Positions 8,347 through 17,108 of a DNA stretch of 64,000 nucleotides are shown here, piece by piece; the first letter of the stretch is position 1, and each line of letters starts with the position of its first letter. The stretch lies in NCBI GenBank assembly GCA_963931255.1, contig OZ006972.1, positions 1,204,421 to 1,268,420 of the forward strand, given 5' to 3'. Both the position numbers and the translations under genes were made by a program. The DNA is from Candidatus Gastranaerophilales bacterium (GTDB lineage: Bacteria; Cyanobacteriota; Vampirovibrionia; Gastranaerophilales; Gastranaerophilaceae). The notes under the pieces are model-generated. The model was not told the DNA's origin and did no database searches. It worked only from the letters and a program-made list of their open reading frames with translations.

Positions 8347-8961
8347 TTATATGTCCATTTGCATTGCTTTCAAAACTGCCTGAGTGCGGCTGCTTACTTT
8401 TAGTTTTTTAAAAACACTGTTGAGATGTGTTTTTACTGTAACTTCTTTGACAACAAGAGTGTCGGCTATTTCTTTGTTGCTTGCGCCTTGTGAAACGAGT
8501 TTTAGAATTTCTTTTTCCCTTGAGGTCAAAGGTATTGTATTTTCTTCCGAATCTGCCGCGGTGGTATTCTTTTTTTCGGAATGCCATTCACAGCGTCTGA
8601 GAACTGCTTCTATCCGTGCGAGCAGATTGGGTAAAATAAACGGTTTTATTATATAATCATCTGCTCCGTTTCGCAAGCCTGAAATCATTTTTTGATCTTC
8701 ATTCACTGCTGTAATCATTATTACAGGCATGTGTTTTGTTTGGTTGTCATTGCGGATGGATTTTAATGTTTCCCATCCGTTCATATTAGGCATCATAACA
8801 TCAAGTAAAATTAAATCAACACTTTGTGCATTTTTTTTCAAATATCTTAACGCTTGCACTCCGTCAGTAACTGATGTAACGTTGTATCCGTAGTAAGGAA
8901 GTGCATCATTCAGATATTTAGGATTGTCATCTACCAGCAGAATATTCTTTGATTCAGACAT
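8347..8961 (-). CDS. response regulator, REC domain plus LuxR/NarL-type HTH
   Basis: Trimmed to MSESKNILLVDD (ATG at 8961, AAGGAA upstream). Receiver motifs LILLDVMMPNMNG and GADDYIIKPF. C-terminal LTSREKEILKLVSQGASNKEIADTLVVKEVTVKTHLNSVFKKL. Confidence 0.85.
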   Translation of the reverse strand: MSESKNILLVDDNPKYLNDALPYYGYNVTSVTDGVQALRYLKKNAQSVDLILLDVMMPNMNGWETLKSIRNDNQTKHMPVIMITAVNEDQKMISGLRNGADDYIIKPFILPNLLARIEAVLRRCEWHSEKKNTTAADSEENTIPLTSREKEILKLVSQGASNKEIADTLVVKEVTVKTHLNSVFKKLKVSSRTQAVLKAMQMDI

Positions 8962-8986
8962 TTTTTTATTTCCTTTGCAAGTTGTT

Positions 8987-9637
8987 TTATACAATCTTGT
9001 ATTTTAAGGCTTTCAGTGCTGCTTGTAATCTGTCATCTACTTCTAATTTTTGCAATATATTTGCAACGTGAGCTTTTGTTGTATTTATACTGATAACAAG
9101 TATCTGGGCTATTTCCATGTTACTATAGCCCTCTGTCATAAGTTTCAATATTTGTGCTTCTCTTGCTGTCAGGTCGTAGGCTTTGCGGTTGTCGTCAGAG
9201 ATTTCCGCAGGTGAATGGGTGGTAGCTTTCAGAACTATGTGTGCCACATTAGGATCAAACCATGCTGCACCGTCTGCTACTGATTGTACAACCTGTACGA
9301 GTCTTTGTGGATTAATTTCTTTTGAGCAATAAGCGTTTGCACCTGCTTTAAGACTGTCAAGCACCTCGTGTTCATCATTGTGGGAAGTCAGAATAATTAT
9401 TTTTACGTCTTTGTTCATTGCATGGATTTGTTTTGTTGCTTCTATTCCGTTCATTTTCGGGAGTCCCAAATCCATGATTACTACGTCTATTTTGTAATTA
9501 CTGAAAAGGTTAATGGCAGTTTCTGCAGATTCTGCTTCATAAATATCTTCAACGTAGTCTACTCCGTCGAACGTTGTTTTTAAACCAAATCTTGTCAGTT
9601 CATGATCTTCTACTATCAGTATGTTTATTTTTTTCAT
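8987..9637 (-). CDS. response regulator, NarL/FixJ family (REC plus LuxR HTH)
   Basis: ILIVEDHELTRFGL, VVIMDLGLPKMNG, IIILTSH. HTH region LTAREAQILKLMTEGYSNMEIAQILVISINTTKAHVANILQKL. The start overlaps the upstream stop by 4 nt (ATGA at 9634-9637). Confidence 0.9.
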   Translation of the reverse strand: MKKINILIVEDHELTRFGLKTTFDGVDYVEDIYEAESAETAINLFSNYKIDVVIMDLGLPKMNGIEATKQIHAMNKDVKIIILTSHNDEHEVLDSLKAGANAYCSKEINPQRLVQVVQSVADGAAWFDPNVAHIVLKATTHSPAEISDDNRKAYDLTAREAQILKLMTEGYSNMEIAQILVISINTTKAHVANILQKLEVDDRLQAALKALKYKIV

Positions 9638-11178
9638 ATGCTTAATTCCTCTTTTGCAGGTGTAAAATCAGGATTAAGAATTAAACTTTTTTTGAAGTTG
9701 TAAACTGCCTCGTTTAAATTTCCCTGATGCTTGTACATCAATCCTTGATAATAATAATATCTAAAATCATTTTCGTCAATATAGTTAGCTACAGCGAGAT
9801 ACTGGTGAGCGGTATCAAAGTTTTGTCTTTCTATTTCACAGCGGGCAAGGTCAATCCAGCCGTCTATAAAATACGGGTTTAGCGCAACTGATTTTTTCAG
9901 GTATGCAAGTTCCTTGCTCTTATCAAATAATCCTATGTGATAATAAGAGAGATAAGATGACGAAGTTGCTTTCAATATTCTTGCATATAATTCATTTGCT
10001 TTTTTGTTATCGCCGAGTTTCTGGTATGTAAGGGCGACTTTTTCGGAATTTTCAAAGGAATGTTTATCTTTTGATTCCGCATTTTTGTAATATTTCAACG
10101 CAGTTTTGTAATCAGCATCTTTAAAGCTTAAATCCCCGAGTACAGACAGCGCAAGACTGTTGCCTCCGTCAAGTTTGTTTGCTTTTGTAGCCATATCAAG
10201 TGCTTTTTCAAAGTCATGATTATCGAAATATACTCTTGAGAGCAGTGCATAAATATCTTTGTTGTACTTTTTCTTTGTAGTAATAGCACCCTGCAAAGTA
10301 CGGATAGCTTTTATCGGTTCGTTTTCATAATAATAGTAATAGCCAAGGTAATATTTTTTTGTAATTTCATTTTTCTTAGCGAGGTAATTTACGTACATTT
10401 CAAGGGAGTTTGTTTTTCTGACAAATTCTGTAGAGGTCAGATTCTGGGATTTAATATATTCTACCAGTTTAAGTGCTTCGTTACCCTGTTTATTTTGTGC
10501 GAGGATTTCGGCTTTAAGCCTTTTGTAATTCAAATTTTGCGGATTCATTGATATTGCGGTATTTATGTAATTTTCAGCTTCAAGGTAGTTATTTGAGCGG
10601 AAAAAGCCGAGTGCCGCAATATAGTTTGCATAATCCGAATTTGCCATAAGTGTCGTGTTTTTAAGCAGTTCTTCCGTTGCTTCACGGCTCTGGGCATTAT
10701 AATTTATATTGGAAAAAACTTCTCCGAGATATATTTCATCGGCCTGTGAGAGTTTTTTAGACGGAAAATAATAGTGTTTGATATCATCTGCCATAACAGC
10801 TGTTAAATCTTTATCACCGGCTTTGGATATTGCATAATCGGAAAGTGAGAAAAATCCTATGTATGCAAGTTTTTCAGAAATCAGGATATATGCGGTATCA
10901 CTCGGGGACATTGTTTCCAGCAGCACTTTGAAATCTGCGTACGAAGATTTGACGTTGCTTTGCATAAATCTGTCAAGTGCTATAACGTAGTGGTTATGAA
11001 CGTCATTGTGAGTCAGAGTAACTTTTTTAGGCAGTTCTACTGTTGTGTTAACCGGAGTATCATTTCCGAAGTCAAGAGGGTTGGCAAATTTTATCAGGCT
11101 GAAACCGTCCGCTGCAAATGCAGACGAACCAATCATTACAGATATAGCTGCTATTGTTATTATGTTTTTTGACTTCAA
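9634..11178 (-). CDS. secreted tetratricopeptide (TPR) repeat protein
   Basis: Signal peptide MKSKNIITIAAISVMIGSSAFAADG. Repeated 34-residue A/Y/L patterns, for example YYYQGLMYKHQGNLNEAVYNFKKSLILNPDF. Confidence 0.8.
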   Translation of the reverse strand: MKSKNIITIAAISVMIGSSAFAADGFSLIKFANPLDFGNDTPVNTTVELPKKVTLTHNDVHNHYVIALDRFMQSNVKSSYADFKVLLETMSPSDTAYILISEKLAYIGFFSLSDYAISKAGDKDLTAVMADDIKHYYFPSKKLSQADEIYLGEVFSNINYNAQSREATEELLKNTTLMANSDYANYIAALGFFRSNNYLEAENYINTAISMNPQNLNYKRLKAEILAQNKQGNEALKLVEYIKSQNLTSTEFVRKTNSLEMYVNYLAKKNEITKKYYLGYYYYYENEPIKAIRTLQGAITTKKKYNKDIYALLSRVYFDNHDFEKALDMATKANKLDGGNSLALSVLGDLSFKDADYKTALKYYKNAESKDKHSFENSEKVALTYQKLGDNKKANELYARILKATSSSYLSYYHIGLFDKSKELAYLKKSVALNPYFIDGWIDLARCEIERQNFDTAHQYLAVANYIDENDFRYYYYQGLMYKHQGNLNEAVYNFKKSLILNPDFTPAKEELSI

Positions 11179-11180
11179 AA

Positions 11181-12920
11181 TTAATCCTCAATATTATCTA
11201 TTTTACCCTGATAGTAATAATTAAACAAGTTTACAATATTTTTTTGTTCTTCTGAAGCGTTTTCATCGTTTGTGAAGTTATAAATATCTCTCAGGTTATA
11301 ATGACTTAAAATTTCGCTGTCAGCATCCGTCAGGTTGTTATGATTTTCGGTCAGGAAAACTTTAACTATTTTGTCCGTAGATATTTTCAGGAATTCATCT
11401 ACGATATTTTTATCAAAATGTGTTCCTGAATCTTTTATAAGGATATTTATTACATTTGCAATAGGCATTTTATCACGATAGTGACGGCGTGAGGTTATGG
11501 CATCAAAGACATCGGATACTGCCAGAATTCTTCCCCCGTAAGGGATTTCTTCACCTTTTAACTGTCTGTAGTAGCCGGTACCGTCATATTTTTCGTGGTG
11601 AGAGCAGGCAATTTCAGTTATCATTTTGAAATCGTCTGACATATAAATTTTGTCTAAAATATTATGTGTAATTCTAACGTGTTCCTGAATATGCTTGTAT
11701 TCTTCCGGTGTTAATTTACCTTCTTTTTGAAGCACCGAGTCACGAATTCCGATTTTGCCTATATCGTGGAGCGCGGCTGCTTTTTCAATAATCTCTTTGT
11801 ACTTGTCATCAAGATTCAGTTGATTTGCTATAAGCATAGAATAAAGTTTTACTCTGAGAGAGTGACCTGCTGTAATTTTATCGCGGGCATCTATAGAAGC
11901 AGCAAGTGTATTAATAAAACTGTCAAACAGTTCTTTTTGCTCTCTGTAGAGTTCTTGTTGTTGTTGGAAAAGCTGTGCATTTTCAAGTGCAATGCTTGCA
12001 CTGCCGCCGATTGCGGTCAGGAGGTCTTCATCACTTTTGGTGAAGAGTCCGTTATGTTTATTCAAAACCTGAAATGCACCTATGATTTCCTGATTGTTGT
12101 TTTTTATAGGCATACAAAGAATTGTTCTGGTTGTATAGCCGCTTTTTGAATCTACGTCTTTATTAAACCTTGCATCGGTGTATGCATCCGCGATATTCAA
12201 GGTCTCTCCGGTTTGAACAACGTATCCTGCAAGCCCTTTATCCGCAGGAAATCTGATTTCCTGATTTTCCATACCTAAGGCGACCTTTGACCAGAGTTCA
12301 TTTTTTTCTTTATCCCACAGGAACACTGTACAGCGATCTGCCTGAATTGCTGTTTTAGTTTCTTCCGCAATAACTTTAAGCAGGACATTTATATCCGTAA
12401 GGGCTGAAATTGACTGACCTATTTTTACAAGTGAAACGAGCGGGTCGCTTTTCAGAGGCATTGTAAAATCCATTCCGTTTTTAACCTGTTTAATTCTTGT
12501 CAGAATGTAGCCCATCATAGAGAATTCGTCGCAATCTTGAGCGAAATTTCTTGCATTATTGTAATGGATAATTGCAAGGTCATTATTTTTTTCTCCAAAA
12601 TCAAGGCTGCCAAGTGCAAATTCATTGAACAAATTAGCGGTTATATTTTTGGAAAATTTTGCCATATATGCACCGTCGTTAATCAGAGAAAGTGCTTTTG
12701 AATAATTTTTTCTGTCGATTGAATATTCGATTAATCCTATCATACTCAGGCATATTGAGATATATTCGCTTGCATTTAGTCCTGTAAATATTACCTGTGC
12801 ATTTACAAATTTATTTTTTGCATCTTCATAATTTTTATCTTCTAATAGCAAAAGTGCGGCTTTTACTAAATTTTTGCCATCCTGTAATAGATTTTTATCT
12901 GTTTTTGATACCTGTTTCAT
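11181..12920 (-). CDS. TPR-like / GAF / HD-GYP domain protein (putative c-di-GMP phosphodiesterase)
   Basis: GAF-like region DRCTVFLWDKEKNELWSKVALG...GLAGYVVQTGETLNIADAYTDARF. HD-GYP region HSLRV, ALHDIGKIGI, HHEKYDGTGYYRQLKGEEIP. Confidence 0.85.
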   Translation of the reverse strand: MKQVSKTDKNLLQDGKNLVKAALLLLEDKNYEDAKNKFVNAQVIFTGLNASEYISICLSMIGLIEYSIDRKNYSKALSLINDGAYMAKFSKNITANLFNEFALGSLDFGEKNNDLAIIHYNNARNFAQDCDEFSMMGYILTRIKQVKNGMDFTMPLKSDPLVSLVKIGQSISALTDINVLLKVIAEETKTAIQADRCTVFLWDKEKNELWSKVALGMENQEIRFPADKGLAGYVVQTGETLNIADAYTDARFNKDVDSKSGYTTRTILCMPIKNNNQEIIGAFQVLNKHNGLFTKSDEDLLTAIGGSASIALENAQLFQQQQELYREQKELFDSFINTLAASIDARDKITAGHSLRVKLYSMLIANQLNLDDKYKEIIEKAAALHDIGKIGIRDSVLQKEGKLTPEEYKHIQEHVRITHNILDKIYMSDDFKMITEIACSHHEKYDGTGYYRQLKGEEIPYGGRILAVSDVFDAITSRRHYRDKMPIANVINILIKDSGTHFDKNIVDEFLKISTDKIVKVFLTENHNNLTDADSEILSHYNLRDIYNFTNDENASEEQKNIVNLFNYYYQGKIDNIED

Positions 12921-13026
12921 AACCGACCTTTAACACCAACTCTTCCTGTAATCACTAATTTACAATTCCATATTTATATTGTACAATATTTTTTATAATA
13001 TTACAATGTTTTTGGGAGCGAAAAAG

Positions 13027-13719
13027 ATGAATAAAATTACCATATTAATTCCTGTATACAATGAAGTGAACACACTTGAACAAATTTTGAAAAAAGTTGA
13101 GGATGCCTCATTTTGCGGTTTGCAAAAAGAAATTATATTGATAGATGACTGTTCAACAGACGGGACAAAAGATTTATATCCAAAATTCAATGATAAGTAT
13201 AAAATTCTCTATCACGAAAAAAATCAGGGCAAAGGTGCAGCTTTAAGAACCGGTTTTGAAGCTGCAACAGGTGATATTGTGGTAATACAGGACGCGGATT
13301 TGGAGTATGATCCGGTGGATTATGAACCTTTAATACAGCTTATACTGGACGGAAAAGCTGATGTGTGCTATGGTTCAAGATTGTCAGGCGGAAAGCCGAG
13401 CCGCTCTTTTATGTTCCACCATTTGCTCGGAAATAAATTTTTATCTTTGCTGACAAATATTTTGTACGGTTCAACACTGACAGATATGGAAACCTGCTAT
13501 AAGGCGTTCAGACGTGAATTTATTAAAGATATTAAAATTAAATCAGACAGATTTGATTTTGAGCCGGAGATTACGGCAAAAGTTCTTAAAAAAGGTGCAA
13601 GACTTTATGAACTTCCTATTTCTTACTACGGCAGAGAATTTGCCGAGGGTAAAAAAATTACATGGCGAGATGGTATCCATGCAATTATTGCACTGGTAAG
13701 ATTTAGATTTACGGACTAA
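13027..13719 (+). CDS. family-2 glycosyltransferase (polyprenyl-phosphate sugar transferase-like)
   Basis: Trimmed to MNKITILIPVYNE (ATG 13027, GGGAG at 13012-13016). Motifs IILIDDCSTDGT and VVIQDADLEYDP. Confidence 0.85.
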   Translation: MNKITILIPVYNEVNTLEQILKKVEDASFCGLQKEIILIDDCSTDGTKDLYPKFNDKYKILYHEKNQGKGAALRTGFEAATGDIVVIQDADLEYDPVDYEPLIQLILDGKADVCYGSRLSGGKPSRSFMFHHLLGNKFLSLLTNILYGSTLTDMETCYKAFRREFIKDIKIKSDRFDFEPEITAKVLKKGARLYELPISYYGREFAEGKKITWRDGIHAIIALVRFRFTD

Positions 13720-15085
13720 CCAGAGTTTTTAGTTCTTCTATTTTTGTCATGCTGTCGCTTTCAAAATATATTCTTAAAAGCGGCTCTGTTCCGCTCGGGC
13801 GTACTAAAATCCAGCTTGTATTATCTGAAAGATATAGTTTGACTCCATCTTTTGTATCTTTTTTTATAACGGAATACTGACCGATATGTCCGGTATTTTT
13901 GTATTTTTCCAGAACAGGTTCGACTTCATTTCTGTTTGCAAGTTTTAAGTCGATTCTGTCGTTGTAAAAATGGCAGCCCGCAAGGTCATATAAATCTTTT
14001 TGCAGTTCTGTGAGTTTTTTATTTTCATAAGCCATTGCTTCAAAAACAAGTAAATTGGCAAGCAGCCCGTCTTTTTCTGGGATATGCCCCTGAATACTTA
14101 ACCCGCCGGATTCTTCTCCGCCGATTACCGGATTAAATTCCCGCATTGCAGCTCCGACATGCTTAAATCCTACTGCTGTTTCTATGACTTCTACCCCGAG
14201 TTTTTCTGCAACTTTATTCAGTAAAAGGCTTGCTCCTACTGTTTTTACAAGAGGACCGTTCAGGTTTTTATGTTTTTTCAAATGCATTAAAAGTATTGCA
14301 ATGATTTCATTTGGAGTTACATACTCTCCGGCTTCATTTATAACCCCGAATCTGTCGGCATCTCCGTCATTGGCGCAGCCTATGGAATTTGGTACTGACT
14401 TAACTTTTTCAATAAGTTCTTTTATGTATTTGGGTTTAGGTTCGGGCATGCCGCCGCCAAAATTAGGGTCGTGGCTCATGTGCAGGCTCATATAAGGAAT
14501 ATTTTCCAGTTCTAAAATTTTGTCAAAATATCCTATGCTTGCAGAATAAAGCCCGTCAAAAATTATGTTTGTTTTGAGTGTCCGTATTTTGTCAAAATCA
14601 ACAAGAGTTTTAATGTGTTCATAATATCTGTTAAAGAAATCAACTTTTTTAATAGTGCCGTTTCGTTGTTTTTGAGGCTTTTGTCCCAGATTTCGGGTAA
14701 GTTCATCTGTGATTTCCGTTGTCGCGGGGCCTGCGTAATCCGGAATAAATTTCATTCCGAGATATTCCGGCGGATTGTGGGAAGCCGTGAACATAATTGC
14801 ACAGGCGTTTAAATCCTTTGCTCCGTAAGCAAGTACAGGAGTCGGAACGACTCTTTCGCTGTATTGAACATTAAATCCGATATCAGCGAGTAATTTAGCA
14901 CATTCTTCAGAAAATTTATCCGCCATATTACGCGGGTCATAGCCTATTATTACGGGCTTATCTATCCCGAAATTGTCCAGAATATATTTGCCTATGGCTT
15001 TTGTTACTGTTTCAACGTTTTCTTTATTAAAATCTTTTCCGACTACGGCTCGCCAGCCGTCTGTTCCAAACTTGATATTTTCCAT
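13709..15085 (-). CDS. phosphoglucomutase/phosphomannomutase family protein
   Basis: KFGTDGWR, phosphoserine loop TASHNPPEYLGMK, metal loop ANDGDADRFG, GGEESGG. Confidence 0.9.
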   Translation of the reverse strand: MENIKFGTDGWRAVVGKDFNKENVETVTKAIGKYILDNFGIDKPVIIGYDPRNMADKFSEECAKLLADIGFNVQYSERVVPTPVLAYGAKDLNACAIMFTASHNPPEYLGMKFIPDYAGPATTEITDELTRNLGQKPQKQRNGTIKKVDFFNRYYEHIKTLVDFDKIRTLKTNIIFDGLYSASIGYFDKILELENIPYMSLHMSHDPNFGGGMPEPKPKYIKELIEKVKSVPNSIGCANDGDADRFGVINEAGEYVTPNEIIAILLMHLKKHKNLNGPLVKTVGASLLLNKVAEKLGVEVIETAVGFKHVGAAMREFNPVIGGEESGGLSIQGHIPEKDGLLANLLVFEAMAYENKKLTELQKDLYDLAGCHFYNDRIDLKLANRNEVEPVLEKYKNTGHIGQYSVIKKDTKDGVKLYLSDNTSWILVRPSGTEPLLRIYFESDSMTKIEELKTLVSP

Positions 15086-15145
15086 TTGCTCTTCTTTTCT
15101 TTAATGATATAATCATCATAAAAGAAATACGGAGTTAAGTAAATA

Positions 15146-15997
15146 ATGAAATTTGATAATATTGACGAACTTGTATACCTCGGACCGACTGGCTCTTTTA
15201 CGGAAATGGCAAAAGATTTATTCTGCAACAAATATAATATAGTTGCTTACAACCGTCCGATGCAAACAATTCGTCAGGTTATAGAATACATTGATACAAA
15301 TCCTAATATGCTCGGGGTTCTTCCTGTTGAAAATTCCATAGAGGGTACAGTCAGAGAAAATCTTGACAACCTTATGATGACAAAAAATCCTAATATCAGA
15401 ATTCTGTCTGAAATTTCAATGCCTATCCGCCATTGTTTACTGGCAAGGACAACTGAAATTTACAGTATAGAAAATATAATTTCACATCCGCAGGCACTTG
15501 CGCAATGTCAGGGATTTATAAATCATGAAATGCCCCGCAATATTAATGTAATAGAGGCTGCAAGTACTGCGGAAGCTGCTCGCAGTCTGCAAAATTACAA
15601 CCTTACTTATGCGGCTATAGGCAGTAAAAAAACAGCGGAAGTTTATTATTTGAATGTTTTGAAAGAAAATATTAACGATGATAAGTCTAACAGAACAAGG
15701 TTTGTTCTGATTGGCGATTTTGAAACGGAAGAAACCGGAAAAGATAAAACAACACTTGCATTTTCTACCAAAAATAAGCCCGGTGCGCTTTTAGATGTGC
15801 TGCAGGTGTTTATGGATTATAATATAAATCTTTCACATATTTCTTCCCGTCCGTCTAAGGAAAAATTCGGGGAATACATTTTTATCGTAAATTTTGACGG
15901 ACACATGAGGGATAAAAAAATAATGAAAACTATTCAAGCAGTGAAAGACAGAGCTATATTTTTCAGATTTTTGGGTTCTTATGAACGCGAAGATTAA
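15146..15997 (+). CDS. pheA: prephenate dehydratase (PDT plus ACT domains)
   Basis: YLGPTGSFTEMA, ENSIEGTV, TRFVLIG. ACT-like C-terminus with ISSRPSK...FIVNFDGH. Confidence 0.9.
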   Translation: MKFDNIDELVYLGPTGSFTEMAKDLFCNKYNIVAYNRPMQTIRQVIEYIDTNPNMLGVLPVENSIEGTVRENLDNLMMTKNPNIRILSEISMPIRHCLLARTTEIYSIENIISHPQALAQCQGFINHEMPRNINVIEAASTAEAARSLQNYNLTYAAIGSKKTAEVYYLNVLKENINDDKSNRTRFVLIGDFETEETGKDKTTLAFSTKNKPGALLDVLQVFMDYNINLSHISSRPSKEKFGEYIFIVNFDGHMRDKKIMKTIQAVKDRAIFFRFLGSYERED

Positions 15998-16034
15998 TTA
16001 TTTAATATTATTTATTCTCTTGAATATTAGTTGT

Positions 16035-16268
16035 TTAATCAATACCGTTAACCAATTCCGATAATTTTATATTCAGGGCACGGGCTATGCGGTGTAAAGT
16101 TATAATTGTAGGTGCTTTTTCTGCTCGTTCAATACATCCGATAAAATTTCTCGCAGAATTAATTTTAAATGCTAAATCTTCTTGCGATATGCCGTTTTTT
16201 AATCTGTGTGTTCTTATATTTTGTCCTAACTTTATAAGTAGCTGAGCTTTTTCTTTTGCTTGACTCAT
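16035..16268 (-). CDS. XRE-family helix-turn-helix transcriptional regulator
   Basis: 77 aa. LGQNIRTHRLKNGISQEDLAFKINSARNFIGCIERAEKAPTIITLHRIARAL. Confidence 0.85.
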   Translation of the reverse strand: MSQAKEKAQLLIKLGQNIRTHRLKNGISQEDLAFKINSARNFIGCIERAEKAPTIITLHRIARALNIKLSELVNGID

Positions 16269-16318
16269 ACCACCTATTGTGGTACATTATTATAGAAGTT
16301 ACTACCACCTATAGGTGT
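16268..16318. promoter_or_regulatory. two palindromic putative operators in the divergent XRE / pilin-like intergenic region
   Basis: TACCAC-CTATT-GTGGTA at 16268-16284. CACCTATAGGTG (perfect 12-bp palindrome) at 16307-16318. Both begin with the direct repeat TACCACCTAT, 35 bp apart. Confidence 0.5.
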
Positions 16319-16329
16319 CATGGAGGTAT

Positions 16330-16995
16330 ATGAAAAAAGCTTTTACTCTTGCAGAGGTTTTGATTACTTTAGGAATAATAGGTGTGGTTGCAGCAATGAC
16401 ACTCCCTACTCTAATTCAGGATTATAAAAATAAAGTTGTTGAAACCCGTCTGGCGCATTTTTATTCTGTTATGAATCAGGCAATCAGGCTGTCTGAAGTT
16501 GAAAACGGTGATAAATCATATTGGTTTAATGAACACGCTGGAGGCTGGAATGAAGATCATACTGAAAATGCTAAATTAGTCTGGCTTGAAAAGTATATAT
16601 TACCATATATGAATGGAGTTAAATGCGTTATTCATGACGATATGTACCAGGAGTTACCTGTTTGTTATTTACCTAACGGCGGCGCGTTTGCCAGTTATAA
16701 TACTGCAGTTAACAGAGATTGGATATATTGGACCGGAGATCCCAGAAAGTGTAATCCGCATCATACTGAAAATATTGGAACTTGTTCATTTGCTTTTTTC
16801 TATAATCCTAATTCTAAATCTAATTCATTAAAAAATAGTATAGAACCGTGGAAACTCGGGTGGGATGGCACGAAAGAAATGCTATACCGTGAATGTATGA
16901 ATAATGAAGAAACTTATGACAGACCTTGTGCTGCCATAATTCAATATAACGGTTGGAAAATCCCTGATGATTACCCGTATAAGGTCAGATATTAA
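16330..16995 (+). CDS. prepilin-type N-terminal cleavage/methylation domain protein (type IV pilin / T2SS pseudopilin-like)
   Basis: Trimmed to MKKAFTLAEVLITLGIIGVVAAMTLP (ATG 16330, GGAGG at 16322-16326). Class III signal peptide with Glu at +5 of the predicted mature end. Cys-containing globular C-terminal part. Confidence 0.85.
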   Translation: MKKAFTLAEVLITLGIIGVVAAMTLPTLIQDYKNKVVETRLAHFYSVMNQAIRLSEVENGDKSYWFNEHAGGWNEDHTENAKLVWLEKYILPYMNGVKCVIHDDMYQELPVCYLPNGGAFASYNTAVNRDWIYWTGDPRKCNPHHTENIGTCSFAFFYNPNSKSNSLKNSIEPWKLGWDGTKEMLYRECMNNEETYDRPCAAIIQYNGWKIPDDYPYKVRY

Positions 16996-17023
16996 GAGTA
17001 TATTCTTTTGAGTCTGCAGCAGC

Positions 17024-17067
17024 TTGACGGATTTTCAGCAAACGTGGTAAAATAGAGTATCACACAC
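17024..17067 (+). promoter_or_regulatory. sigma70-like extended -10 promoter plus conserved initial transcribed sequence; copy 1 of a repeated element
   Basis: TTGACG-GATTTT-N9-TGG-TAAAAT-AGAGTATCACACAC. A near-identical element lies at 38192-38235. Confidence 0.6.
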
Positions 17068-17108
17068 CTCAACAAAGAATTGCCGGAAAGGAATTTCAGG
17101 CAAAATTT

